The notes beneath the pieces were generated by a model. The model was not told the origin of the DNA. It worked only from the letters and a program-made list of their open reading frames with translations, and ran no database searches. From NCBI GenBank assembly GCA_963676565.1, contig OY781089.1, positions 2,976,001 through 3,040,000 on the forward strand: a DNA stretch of 64,000 nt. Reading direction: 5' to 3'. Positions 41,477-51,439 of this stretch are shown piece after piece. The DNA is from Halarcobacter sp. (GTDB lineage Bacteria; Campylobacterota; Campylobacteria; Campylobacterales; Arcobacteraceae). Within the stretch, counting starts at the first letter, position 1. Each line of letters begins with the position of its first letter. The translations under genes and the position numbers were made by a program.

Positions 41477-42277
41477 ATGGGGTTAAAGATAAAATCTATT
41501 TTTACTTTCTCTATTCTAATTGCTTTATTCAGTGGTTGTAGTCTAAAAGATTATAAACTTTTCCAAGAAGGTAATCTAGATATTGAAGAAACTACTGTTG
41601 TTGAAAAAGAAGAATATTATCAAGAAATGGCATTTGAGAATATAATCGCTCCAAATGATAGAGTTGATGTTACAGTTTATATTCAAGCTGGTCAAGGTAG
41701 TCAACAAATGACTTCGATTCTTACTAGTAGAGATGTAAACAATAGTAATACAATTCAAGAAAACATTGGATTACTTGTTACTAGAAAAGGAAGTGTTAGA
41801 CTTCCATTACTTGGAAGTGTAAATATTGCAGGGCTAACGCAAGATGAAGCTTCTAATTATCTAATTAAAGAATACAAAAAATTTATCAGAAACCCATATG
41901 TAATCGTTGAAATCAAAAACCAAAGAGTTATCGTAATAGGTGAAGTAAAATCGCCAGGTATCGTTCCAGTTACAAATGGTACAATGAATGTAATTGAAGC
42001 TATTGCAAGGACTGGTGACTTAACAGATATGGCATCTAGAAACAATATCAAAGTTATTAGAGGTGATTTAAGAAATCCTAAAGTTAGAACTATTAACCTT
42101 ACAAGAATGGATGAATTATCTGTTTCAAGTTTATACTTAAAACCAAACGATATATTATATGTACAACCTAGAAATCTTAAAGGTTATAATAGAGCATTTA
42201 ATGATATCAACCCATTTTGGAATATGTTATCTAGTATCCTAGATCCACTAAACCAAAGAAAAACTCTTATAGAATAG
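41477..42277 (+). CDS. wza: Wza-like polysaccharide export lipoprotein
   Basis: Lipobox LFSGC, Poly_export motif GSVRLPLLG..AGLT, SLBB motif VIGEVKSPG. Start placed at ATG 41477, after AAGGA and TGTTATGAT. Confidence 0.9.
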   Translation: MGLKIKSIFTFSILIALFSGCSLKDYKLFQEGNLDIEETTVVEKEEYYQEMAFENIIAPNDRVDVTVYIQAGQGSQQMTSILTSRDVNNSNTIQENIGLLVTRKGSVRLPLLGSVNIAGLTQDEASNYLIKEYKKFIRNPYVIVEIKNQRVIVIGEVKSPGIVPVTNGTMNVIEAIARTGDLTDMASRNNIKVIRGDLRNPKVRTINLTRMDELSVSSLYLKPNDILYVQPRNLKGYNRAFNDINPFWNMLSSILDPLNQRKTLIE

Positions 42278-42294
42278 TATAAGGGTTATCATTA

Positions 42295-44652
42295 ATGGAA
42301 CAAAATAAATATATACAACATACAAATGATGAAATAGATTTAAAACAAGTATTTAAAACCATTCTTAAATACAAGTTTTTTATCTTTTTTACGATTTTAA
42401 TATTTACTATAGGTTCAGCTGTATTTGCTTATGTTAAGCCAAATATCTATTCTTCTTCTGCAACTATTGAAGTAAAAGAGGAAGAAAGAGGTTGGAACAC
42501 AAGTTCAGCACTAAAAGAAGCATTTAGTGGAACTGGAGTTAATATAGAAAATCAAATTGAAGTTTTTAAATCAAAGTTTTTAGCTGATAGAGCAGCTAGT
42601 TACTTAAATCTTGGGACAAGATATTTTACAAAAAATAACTATAGAACATATGAGTTCTATCAAAATTCTCCTTTTGTTGCTACAAAAGAGTTTATAGATG
42701 ATGAATTCTACAATAAAACTTTTTATATACAACCTTTATCAAAAGATACTTTTAAACTAATTATTAAACCTAGTAACAAATGGTCAAAGTCTGGGATTTT
42801 AGATCTATTAGGTGTTAGAAAATTTGAGGACATAGATCTTTTTAAGTATGAAAAAATCCATAAATATAATGAAGAGATAAAAACACAATGGTTTAATATA
42901 AAAATTCAAAAGATTAGTGAACTAGAAGAAAGTGAATATTCTTTTTATTTTGTTCATGAGTCTTCATTTGTAGACTACTACTATAATTTATCAATTGAGC
43001 AAGTTTCTGAATTTGCGAGTGTATTAAGACTTTCTATTTTAGATACTGTTTCAACTAGAGCAAAAGATCTTTTAAATGCTATGTTAAAGGCATATAGAGA
43101 TCAAGAAAGAGAAAGAAAAAATGAAACAGCAAACTTATCTTTAGACTTTATTGATTCTCAACTTGAAGAGATAAATAAAAGACTTAAGGCTTCAGAGGGA
43201 AAACTTGAAGAGTATAAAGAGACTAACGAAGTAATTGATTTATCACAAAAAGCAAAAATGACTTCAGAAAAATTAACTGATTATGAAAGTAAACTTCAAG
43301 AGATATCAATAGAACAAAATATCTTAAAAAATTTACAACAATATATCAATAAAAATCACAATTTATCTGGTCTAGCAGTTGGATCAATAAGCTTTGCTGA
43401 TCCTTCATTATCAAATATGGTTAAAAACTTAACCGAGTTATCAAATCAAAGAGATAACTTACTTATTGATTATACAGAGTTACACCCTGATATTGTAAAA
43501 CTTAGTCAATCAATTGCAACACTAAGAAGAAATATTAAAACTGTTTTAAGTAATAACTTAAATCAAATAGCACAAAGAAAAGCTTCTTTAGAATCTTTGA
43601 TTAGACAATATACAAAATCTTTAGAAACACTTCCTCAACAAGAAAAAGAGCTAACAAGACTTACAAGATATTTTTCTGTAAATGAAAAAGTATATTCATA
43701 TTTACTTGAAAAAAGAGCTGAAACAGCTATCTTAAAATCATCTACAATCTCTAATTCAAGAGTATTGGATGAAGCATTAAATTACCCTATTCCTGTTAAA
43801 CCAAAAAGAATGTTAATAGTTTTAGTTGGTATGATATTAGGTGGAATTGTTGGTATTGCTTACGCATTTTTAAGAGAGTTTTTAAATGATACAGTTAAAA
43901 ATACAGAGGAAATTGAAAGATATAGTTCAATTCCAATTTATGGTGTTGTTCCTCTTAATAAAAACAAAAAAACAAAAAATATCTTCCTTGAATCATTTAG
44001 GTCAATTAGAACAAACTTACAGTTCTTGCCACAAACAGAATCAAGTAGAGTTATTACAGTAACTTCTTCTGTATCAGGAGAAGGGAAAACAACTGTTGTT
44101 GCAAAAATTGCTGAAATAATAGGTCAAACAAATAAAAAGGTTGTTGTTTTAGATATAGATATGAGAAAAGCTAGTGTTCATAAAGAGTTTGATGTAGATA
44201 ATGTTATAGGATTAAGTAATTATCTAACTGGACAAAATACACTAAAAGATGTAATCTCTAAAACAGAGTCTGAAAATGTTGATTTAATTACTACAGGGCC
44301 TCTTCCTCCAAATCCTTCAGAATTGATTTTATTAGATAACATGAAAACCTTAATTGAAGATTTAAAAGAGGAATATGATTATATTATTATAGATACGCCA
44401 CCTGTTGGTCTTGTAACAGATGCACTTATTCTTATGAACTATGCAGATATTTCATTTGTATTAGTTAGAGCTGATTACACGAGAAAAGAGTTTATCAAAA
44501 ACCTTGATAGACTAGCGCGTGAACACTCACACAATCATATTGGTATGATTTTAAATGGTGTTGAAATTGGTGAAAAATATGGATACGGTTATGGTGTAAG
44601 TTATGGATATGGTTACGGAAATGACAAATATTATAAAGATAGACCTAGTTAA
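42295..44652 (+). CDS. wzc: Wzc polysaccharide copolymerase / tyrosine autokinase
   Basis: DEIDL, two TMs, GEGKTT, DIDMRK, IIDTPP, C-terminal Tyr cluster YGYGYGVSYGYGYG. Confidence 0.96.
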   Translation: MEQNKYIQHTNDEIDLKQVFKTILKYKFFIFFTILIFTIGSAVFAYVKPNIYSSSATIEVKEEERGWNTSSALKEAFSGTGVNIENQIEVFKSKFLADRAASYLNLGTRYFTKNNYRTYEFYQNSPFVATKEFIDDEFYNKTFYIQPLSKDTFKLIIKPSNKWSKSGILDLLGVRKFEDIDLFKYEKIHKYNEEIKTQWFNIKIQKISELEESEYSFYFVHESSFVDYYYNLSIEQVSEFASVLRLSILDTVSTRAKDLLNAMLKAYRDQERERKNETANLSLDFIDSQLEEINKRLKASEGKLEEYKETNEVIDLSQKAKMTSEKLTDYESKLQEISIEQNILKNLQQYINKNHNLSGLAVGSISFADPSLSNMVKNLTELSNQRDNLLIDYTELHPDIVKLSQSIATLRRNIKTVLSNNLNQIAQRKASLESLIRQYTKSLETLPQQEKELTRLTRYFSVNEKVYSYLLEKRAETAILKSSTISNSRVLDEALNYPIPVKPKRMLIVLVGMILGGIVGIAYAFLREFLNDTVKNTEEIERYSSIPIYGVVPLNKNKKTKNIFLESFRSIRTNLQFLPQTESSRVITVTSSVSGEGKTTVVAKIAEIIGQTNKKVVVLDIDMRKASVHKEFDVDNVIGLSNYLTGQNTLKDVISKTESENVDLITTGPLPPNPSELILLDNMKTLIEDLKEEYDYIIIDTPPVGLVTDALILMNYADISFVLVRADYTRKEFIKNLDRLAREHSHNHIGMILNGVEIGEKYGYGYGVSYGYGYGNDKYYKDRPS

Positions 44653-44662
44653 TAGGTCTTCT

Positions 44663-45415
44663 TTATACTAACTTATAATTTTTAATTCTATTATTTTCAA
44701 ATAATTTGTGAGTTTCTTTTGCAAAAACTGCTTTGCTAAATGAATCTAAATACTTCTCTCCATGTATATCACTACCAACAAAATCAATAAGTCCATTGTC
44801 AGATAAATATTTTGCAGCAGCTTTTGGTTTTTTACCATAAAAACCAATTAAAGAATTGAGATTTATTTGAAACCTAACACCACTTTGTTTTAATTTATCA
44901 TATTTTGAGAAGTTTGATGAAAAATATGAATATCTCTCAGGATGAGCTAAAATAGGTCTATACCCTTTTGAAAGTAAATTAAAGATAGTTTGCTCTAAGC
45001 CAAAGGGTTTATTTGTATAAGAAAGTTCAAATAAAACGTATTTGTCTTTTCCAAAATATAATAAGTCATCATTTTCAATAAGTTCTAAAAAATTTTCATC
45101 AAAATAGTACTCTGCAGAAGCAATAAGTTCTATATCTATATTTCTATTTTTTAGTTCTTGTTTAAGTTTTTCACAACCATCTAGAATAATCTCTTTTGTA
45201 TTTGGAAATCTATGGGCCATAATATGTGGAGTTGTGATAATCTTATTAAATCCAAGTTTTTTTATACCTTGGATAATTTGTATTGATTCATCTAAAGTTT
45301 TTACACCATCATCAATCCCAGGGATTAGATGAGAGTGTAAATCTGTGGTATAGAATTCAGGTTTATAGTCTTTTGATTTTTTTTCAAAAATTGAACTAAA
45401 AAGTTTTTTAACCAA
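44663..45415 (-). CDS. CpsB/CapC-type PHP tyrosine phosphatase
   Basis: DLHSHLIPGIDDG, TPH, AHPERY, GSDIH. Confidence 0.93.
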   Translation of the reverse strand: MVKKLFSSIFEKKSKDYKPEFYTTDLHSHLIPGIDDGVKTLDESIQIIQGIKKLGFNKIITTPHIMAHRFPNTKEIILDGCEKLKQELKNRNIDIELIASAEYYFDENFLELIENDDLLYFGKDKYVLFELSYTNKPFGLEQTIFNLLSKGYRPILAHPERYSYFSSNFSKYDKLKQSGVRFQINLNSLIGFYGKKPKAAAKYLSDNGLIDFVGSDIHGEKYLDSFSKAVFAKETHKLFENNRIKNYKLV

Positions 45416-45459
45416 AATTAAACCTTTATTTTAGAGTAATGAATTATATCATTACTCTA

Positions 45460-48400
45460 TTAAATTACTGTAATATCCTGATCAATAAGAAGTTTTAAAG
45501 TTTGATTACTACTATCAGTATAAGTATATTCTTCATAACCGTCTGCTGTTGGTGTTGAATTACCCCAAATAGTTGAATCTAATGCAATTTTATCTGAACT
45601 ATCTCCATCTATTTTTAATTCATTATCATCTGAGATTGCTAAGAAGTTATCAATTGAAAGATTTGATAATATATGCATTCCATCTTCAGTTAAATCAATT
45701 GATTCTACTTTTGCACCACTAGCAGATTCTAAAATTTCTAACATATTATATAATCCTGCATCACTTGAAGAAATATCTCCTAAAGTTACTGAATTATTAG
45801 AAATTGAAACTCCTGGATTCTCTCCATTAATATCTAATGTTACTTCTTCTACATTACTTTGGTTCCCATCTGGGTCTGTTACTAGTACATTAAATTTTGC
45901 TGTTATACTTTCACCTAAATCTAATCCATCTACTTCTTCTGAGTATACATACAAGTCACCCTTTTGCGCTCCAAATTTTGTTACTAAATCTGCAAAGTCA
46001 CCATCTAAATCTGCTTGTGTTAATTGAATTACACCATTTGTTGTTGAACTTGTTATATCTCCTGTTTCATCTGCAAAGCTTGAACTATCTCTTACTAATG
46101 ACAATCCAAATTCACTATCCTCTGCATCTTCTACTCCTAACATTGCTAGTAATGCTGATGCTGATATTACTGTCTCATAGTTTGACACTGGTCCATAATC
46201 TGCAAATGATGTCTCATTTATTGTGATTGTTGGTGCTACTGTGATTACTGGTGCTTCATCTACTCCATTAATATCTAATGTTACTTCTTCTACATTACTT
46301 TGGTTTCCATCTGGGTCTGTTACTAGTACATTAAATTTTGCTGTTATACTTTCACCTAAATTTAATCCATCTACTTCTTCTGAGTATACATACAAGTCAC
46401 CCTTTTGCGCTCCAAATTTTGTTACTAAATCTGCAAAGTCACCATCTAAATCTGCTTGTGTTAATTGAATTACACCATTTGTTGTTGAACTTGTTATATC
46501 TCCTGTTTCATCTGCAAAGCTTGAACTATCTCTTACTAATGACAATCCAAATTCACTATCCTCTGCATCTTCTACTCCTAACATTGCTAGTAATGCTGAT
46601 GCTGATATTACTGTCTCATAGTTTGACACTGGTCCATAATCTGCAAATGATGTCTCATTTATTGTGATTGTTGGTGCTACTGTGATTACTGGTGCTTCAT
46701 CTACTCCATTAATATCTAATGTTACTTCTTCTACATTACTTTGGTTTCCATCTGGGTCTGTTACTAGTACATTAAATTTTGCTGTTATACTTTCACCTAA
46801 ATTTAATCCATCTACTTCTTCTGAGTATACATACAAGTCACCCTTTTGCGCTCCAAATTTTGTTACTAAATCTGCAAAGTCACCATCTAAATCTGCTTGT
46901 GTTAATTGAATTACACCATTTGTTGTTGAACTTGTTATATCTCCTGTTTCATCTGCAAAGCTTGAACTATCTCTTACTAATGACAATCCAAATTCACTAT
47001 CCTCTGCATCTTCTACTCCTAACATTGCTAGTAATGCTGATGCTGATATTACTGTCTCATAGTTTGACACTGGTCCATAATCTGCAAATGATGTCTCATT
47101 TATTGTGATTGTTGGTGCTACTGTGATTACTGGTGCTTCATCTACTCCATTAATATCTAATGTTACTTCTTCTACATTACTTTGGTTTCCATCTGGGTCT
47201 GTTACTAGTACATTAAATTTTGCTGTTATACTTTCACCTAAATTTAATCCATCTACTTCTTCTGAGTATACATACAAGTCACCCTTTTGCGCTCCAAATT
47301 TTGTTACTAAATCTGCAAAGTCACCATCTAAATCTGCTTGTGTTAATTGAATTACACCATTTGTTGTTGAACTTGTTATATCTCCTGTTTCATCTGCAAA
47401 GCTTGAACTATCTCTTACTAATGACAATCCAAATTCACTATCCTCTGCATCTTCTACTCCTAACATTGCTAGTAATGCTGATGCTGATATTACTGTCTCA
47501 TAGTTTGACACTGGTCCATAATCTGCAAATGATGTCTCATTTATTGTGATTGTTGGTGCTACTGTGATTACTGGTGCTTCATCTACTCCATTAATATCTA
47601 ATGTTACTTCTTCTACATTACTTTGGTTTCCATCTGGGTCTGTTACTAGTACATTAAATTTTGCTGTTATACTTTCACCTAAATTTAATCCATCTACTTC
47701 TTCTGAGTATACATACAAGTCACCCTTTTGCGCTCCAAATTTTGTTACTAAATCTGCAAAGTCACCATCTAAATCTGCTTGTGTTAATTGAATTACACCA
47801 TTTGTTGTTGAACTTGTTATATCTCCTGTTTCATCTGCAAAGCTTGAACTATCTCTTACTAATGACAATCCAAATTCACTATCCTCTGCATCTTCTACTC
47901 CTAACATTGCTAGTAATGCTGATGCTGATATTACTGTCTCATAGTTTGACACTGGTCCATAATCTGCAAATGATGTCTCATTTATTGTGATTGTTGGTGC
48001 TACTGTGATTACTGGTGCTTCATTACCACCATTTACTGTTAATGATATAGTTGATGAATCTACTAATATACCATCTGATACTTGATAATCAAAATTTATT
48101 TCTAGTTTTTCATTTGGTGTTAATAAATTAAAATATGGACTATTTAAAGTATATGTACCATCACTTTGCACATCTATACTTAAAACATTATTTGTCTGTA
48201 AAAGATCAACATATTTTTCACTTATAACACCCTCAATAGTAAGCTTTCCTGTTGTCAAATCAATATTAACTGGAGCTAAATTATTTAAATAAGTTATTGC
48301 ATCATTTATTGTTGTTGTAGGATCTAAAAGATAGGCTTCAATCTCTTGTAACTTTTGACTATCATCAATTACTGCTGATACTAAAGGATTACTTACAAGT

Positions 48401-49932
48401 TCTAAAAAATAAGTTTTTAAAACTTGTGTAAATTCAGGGCTAGGATTGTTTAATGCAGATACAATTGACATATTTGTTGTACTTAATGAAATATTTAAAT
48501 TTCCTGCATATGAATATTCGATATCATCACCATTTACATCAGTTGCATTCCCTGCCACACTTCCTGTAAAATTGTAATCTACAATCTCTGTTCCACCAAT
48601 TGTCACATCATTTAAATCATTCTCTTCTACTATATTTGATTCTTCTGTTGAAACGGGTGCATCGTTTGAAGTAAACTTATTTTCTAAATTTTCTACTTGA
48701 ACTCTTTGAATCTCAGCCATTGTTGCAAATGGGTCTAGAGCATTAATAGATTCTTCAACTTGTACATTAATATTAGCAATACTTGATGAAATCCCTTCAA
48801 AATCTAAAGTTGGATTATCATTTGTAATTTCTCTCATAAATATTTCAATATCAGCAGAATTAGATAAATCAAATTGAGGATTATTTTGAAGAATTTGTGC
48901 TAAATAATCAAAAGCCAATAATGATGCATCTGCTTCACTTCCCCCTTCTAAATTACTAAATAAAGCTGCACTTAAATTAACTAAGTTTGCAATTTGTACA
49001 GCAACAATTTGAACTTGTGGATTTTGTTCTTGGATAGGATCATAATTTAACAAATCAATATTTGTATCCAATCCAAAAGTAGTTGCAATTAAATCTTCTG
49101 CTTCACTTTCAGTTAAACCATCTTTTACAAGCTCATGCAATAGTGTACTTAAAGGTGAAACTGTTGTTGAGCCAGTAGGAGCAGTATAGAAGCCTTCAAA
49201 TGGTAATCCAGTAGAGATATCTGTTCCACCAAAAGCTACAATTGGTCCTGCATCTAATTCAGTTTGTGTTAATCCAGTAAAACTAAAATCCCCATTTGCA
49301 TCTGTTGTAGTAGAGTTCTCACCAATGTCTAAAGAACCATTATTGTTTGCATCAATAAAAACTGTTGAACCTGCAATATATCCATCAATTAGTTTTCCTG
49401 AATATAATATAGAAGAAATACCTGTTTCGTCATTGTTTTGATTTAAATTAACAAATAAAGGAAGAAATCCATTTTGTGTAAGTTCATTGTCAATATCTAA
49501 TCTTCCTGCAAGTGTAGGAGTATTATCAAATGTTAGTTCATTATTTTGAGTTGGATTTTGAGTTCCATCACCTTGAGTAATAACTTCGCCCCCAGCAGCT
49601 GAAGCTTCAAGTGCACTTGCTAAATCAGAAATACTATAAGTATTTTCTGTATCAGTTTGAATTAATTTAATTAGATCAGAACCATCATTTGAATTAAGAA
49701 TTTCTACCATCCCTTTTAAAACTATTTTAAAAGTTTGTGCATTATCATTAAATGTTAAAGTTAAGTCTTCTCCATTATTTGTAAGTTCTGACTTATAAGA
49801 TATATCAGAAGACAATTCGATATTTATTGTCTTGCCTTTTTGGAAATCTCTTAAAATCAATTCATTAATGTCATTCTTTGACATAAGATTTTCTAAATTT
49901 ATACTTTTTTCATATTTTTCTATTGATAACAT
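45460..49932 (-). CDS. Second T1SS-type repeat adhesin (1,490 aa)
   Basis: N-terminal LEASAAGG, a DGYIAGSTVFIDANNNG domain, five 147-aa repeats, and a C-terminus similar to that of the giant adhesin. Confidence 0.88.
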   Translation of the reverse strand: MLSIEKYEKSINLENLMSKNDINELILRDFQKGKTINIELSSDISYKSELTNNGEDLTLTFNDNAQTFKIVLKGMVEILNSNDGSDLIKLIQTDTENTYSISDLASALEASAAGGEVITQGDGTQNPTQNNELTFDNTPTLAGRLDIDNELTQNGFLPLFVNLNQNNDETGISSILYSGKLIDGYIAGSTVFIDANNNGSLDIGENSTTTDANGDFSFTGLTQTELDAGPIVAFGGTDISTGLPFEGFYTAPTGSTTVSPLSTLLHELVKDGLTESEAEDLIATTFGLDTNIDLLNYDPIQEQNPQVQIVAVQIANLVNLSAALFSNLEGGSEADASLLAFDYLAQILQNNPQFDLSNSADIEIFMREITNDNPTLDFEGISSSIANINVQVEESINALDPFATMAEIQRVQVENLENKFTSNDAPVSTEESNIVEENDLNDVTIGGTEIVDYNFTGSVAGNATDVNGDDIEYSYAGNLNISLSTTNMSIVSALNNPSPEFTQVLKTYFLELVSNPLVSAVIDDSQKLQEIEAYLLDPTTTINDAITYLNNLAPVNIDLTTGKLTIEGVISEKYVDLLQTNNVLSIDVQSDGTYTLNSPYFNLLTPNEKLEINFDYQVSDGILVDSSTISLTVNGGNEAPVITVAPTITINETSFADYGPVSNYETVISASALLAMLGVEDAEDSEFGLSLVRDSSSFADETGDITSSTTNGVIQLTQADLDGDFADLVTKFGAQKGDLYVYSEEVDGLNLGESITAKFNVLVTDPDGNQSNVEEVTLDINGVDEAPVITVAPTITINETSFADYGPVSNYETVISASALLAMLGVEDAEDSEFGLSLVRDSSSFADETGDITSSTTNGVIQLTQADLDGDFADLVTKFGAQKGDLYVYSEEVDGLNLGESITAKFNVLVTDPDGNQSNVEEVTLDINGVDEAPVITVAPTITINETSFADYGPVSNYETVISASALLAMLGVEDAEDSEFGLSLVRDSSSFADETGDITSSTTNGVIQLTQADLDGDFADLVTKFGAQKGDLYVYSEEVDGLNLGESITAKFNVLVTDPDGNQSNVEEVTLDINGVDEAPVITVAPTITINETSFADYGPVSNYETVISASALLAMLGVEDAEDSEFGLSLVRDSSSFADETGDITSSTTNGVIQLTQADLDGDFADLVTKFGAQKGDLYVYSEEVDGLNLGESITAKFNVLVTDPDGNQSNVEEVTLDINGVDEAPVITVAPTITINETSFADYGPVSNYETVISASALLAMLGVEDAEDSEFGLSLVRDSSSFADETGDITSSTTNGVIQLTQADLDGDFADLVTKFGAQKGDLYVYSEEVDGLDLGESITAKFNVLVTDPDGNQSNVEEVTLDINGENPGVSISNNSVTLGDISSSDAGLYNMLEILESASGAKVESIDLTEDGMHILSNLSIDNFLAISDDNELKIDGDSSDKIALDSTIWGNSTPTADGYEEYTYTDSSNQTLKLLIDQDITVI
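45823..48023. repeat. Five near-identical 441-bp (147-aa) intragenic tandem repeats
   Basis: Antisense ORFs recur at 45897, 46338, 46779, 47220 and 47661 (period 441). Confidence 0.97.
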
Positions 49933-50045
49933 TGAGTATCCTTCATAATTTTATAAATAATATAATAACAAAAAAGTAGTCACTTTATAGTTACATAAAG
50001 AAAATTCTAAAGATTATTTGTAACTAATTATGTTATGATAAACTT

Positions 50046-50738
50046 ATGAATGTATCATTAAATAAAATCCTTAAACAAAGCAATGTCTTATATCTTTCTA
50101 GTAATGATAAATTATGTAAGCAAACAATAAATATCTTAAAACTTTTTTTTAAAAAAATAATTTTTAGAGATAATGTAGAAAAGGCTATTTTAGCATTTGA
50201 TAATATATTTATACATTTAATAATAACAGAAATAGATTTATATGAATCAAATGGAATTGAATTTATTAAAAAAATTAGAAGTATAAATAATAAGATTCCT
50301 ATTATTGTAATTACTGAAAACAAAAGTATAGATGTCTTATTAGAAGTTGTCAAGTTAAACTTAACTGATTATATTATTAAGCCAACAGATGTAAATAAAT
50401 TAATCACTAGTTTAAATATTAGTGCAAAAAAAATATACAATAGTGGTGAAATTGTAAATATAATAAATGACCATCTTACATATAATTATTTAGATAAATC
50501 TCTTCTTTACGATAATTCTGTAATAAACTTAACAAAAAAAGAGTCAAAATTATTTGAACTTCTATTATTACATAAAAATAAAATTGTAAAAATAGAAGAT
50601 ATAAAAAAACATATATGGATAGATAAAGAAGTTTCTGATTCTGCTTTAAAAACTATGTTTAGTAGATTGACAAAAAAAATAGGAAAAGATGTTATAACCA
50701 ACTCATTTGGAGTTGGTTATGGAATTTATGAAAAGTAA
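50046..50738 (+). CDS. OmpR/PhoB-type response regulator with atypical receiver (paralog of 4779..5468)
   Basis: LIITEIDL..GIEF..YIIKP, plus winged helix LTKKESKLFELL..SRL..GVGYG. Confidence 0.88.
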   Translation: MNVSLNKILKQSNVLYLSSNDKLCKQTINILKLFFKKIIFRDNVEKAILAFDNIFIHLIITEIDLYESNGIEFIKKIRSINNKIPIIVITENKSIDVLLEVVKLNLTDYIIKPTDVNKLITSLNISAKKIYNSGEIVNIINDHLTYNYLDKSLLYDNSVINLTKKESKLFELLLLHKNKIVKIEDIKKHIWIDKEVSDSALKTMFSRLTKKIGKDVITNSFGVGYGIYEK

Positions 50739-50743
50739 TTTAC

Positions 50744-51439
50744 TTATTTTTGTAACTTCTCTACAATTTTTATCATATATTCAGCTGAGTTTTTTGCAGA
50801 TGATTTTAAGAATTCATCAAAATCAAATCCTGCATCCATATCAGCTGTATCAGAAATAGCTCTTAAAACTAAGAATGGAACATCTAAAGCATCACAAATC
50901 ACTGCAACACTAGCTCCTTCCATTTCAAGGGCATCTGCATTGAAAGTGCTTTCTATAAACTCTTTTCGTTCAGTTGAATGTACAAATTGATCTCCTGTAG
51001 CAATAGTTCCTTCCAAAACTGAAATTTTATTTTCATGTGCAACATCAAAAGCAACTTGTCTCAGCTCTTTTGAAGTCTCAACAAAAACCTTTCCACCAGG
51101 AACAAAACCATTTGGATGTCCAAATGCAGTAATATCTAAATCGTGTTGACAAAGTTTATCAGCAATAATTAAATCACCAATTTTTAGTTTTGGGTTTATT
51201 CCCCCTGCAACACCAGAAAAAAGTAAAGTATCACATCCAAACTTCTCAATCATTGTACTTGCTGTTAAACTTGCGAAAACTTTTCCAATTTTTGAATAAG
51301 CAATTACAATATCAAGACCGTTTAAATTTACTTCATAGTATTTATTATTTGCAAATTCAGTTACTTTAACATCATCAAAGTATTCTAGAAGAGGCTCAAT
51401 CTCCTCTTCCATTGCACCCATTATTGCTAATTTAGTCAT
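50744..51439 (-). CDS. mtnN: MTA/SAH nucleosidase
   Basis: MGAMEEE, SKIGKV, TGDQF, EMEGAS, RAISD. Confidence 0.96.
   Translation of the reverse strand: MTKLAIMGAMEEEIEPLLEYFDDVKVTEFANNKYYEVNLNGLDIVIAYSKIGKVFASLTASTMIEKFGCDTLLFSGVAGGINPKLKIGDLIIADKLCQHDLDITAFGHPNGFVPGGKVFVETSKELRQVAFDVAHENKISVLEGTIATGDQFVHSTERKEFIESTFNADALEMEGASVAVICDALDVPFLVLRAISDTADMDAGFDFDEFLKSSAKNSAEYMIKIVEKLQK

Noticed and set aside
45897..47990. Repeated 109-aa and 81-aa plus-strand ORFs
   Set aside because: They are antisense shadows of the 441-bp repeats.
45823..48023. Possible CRISPR array or mobile repeat
   Set aside because: The units are long, in-frame coding repeats without spacers. No cas or transposase genes were seen.
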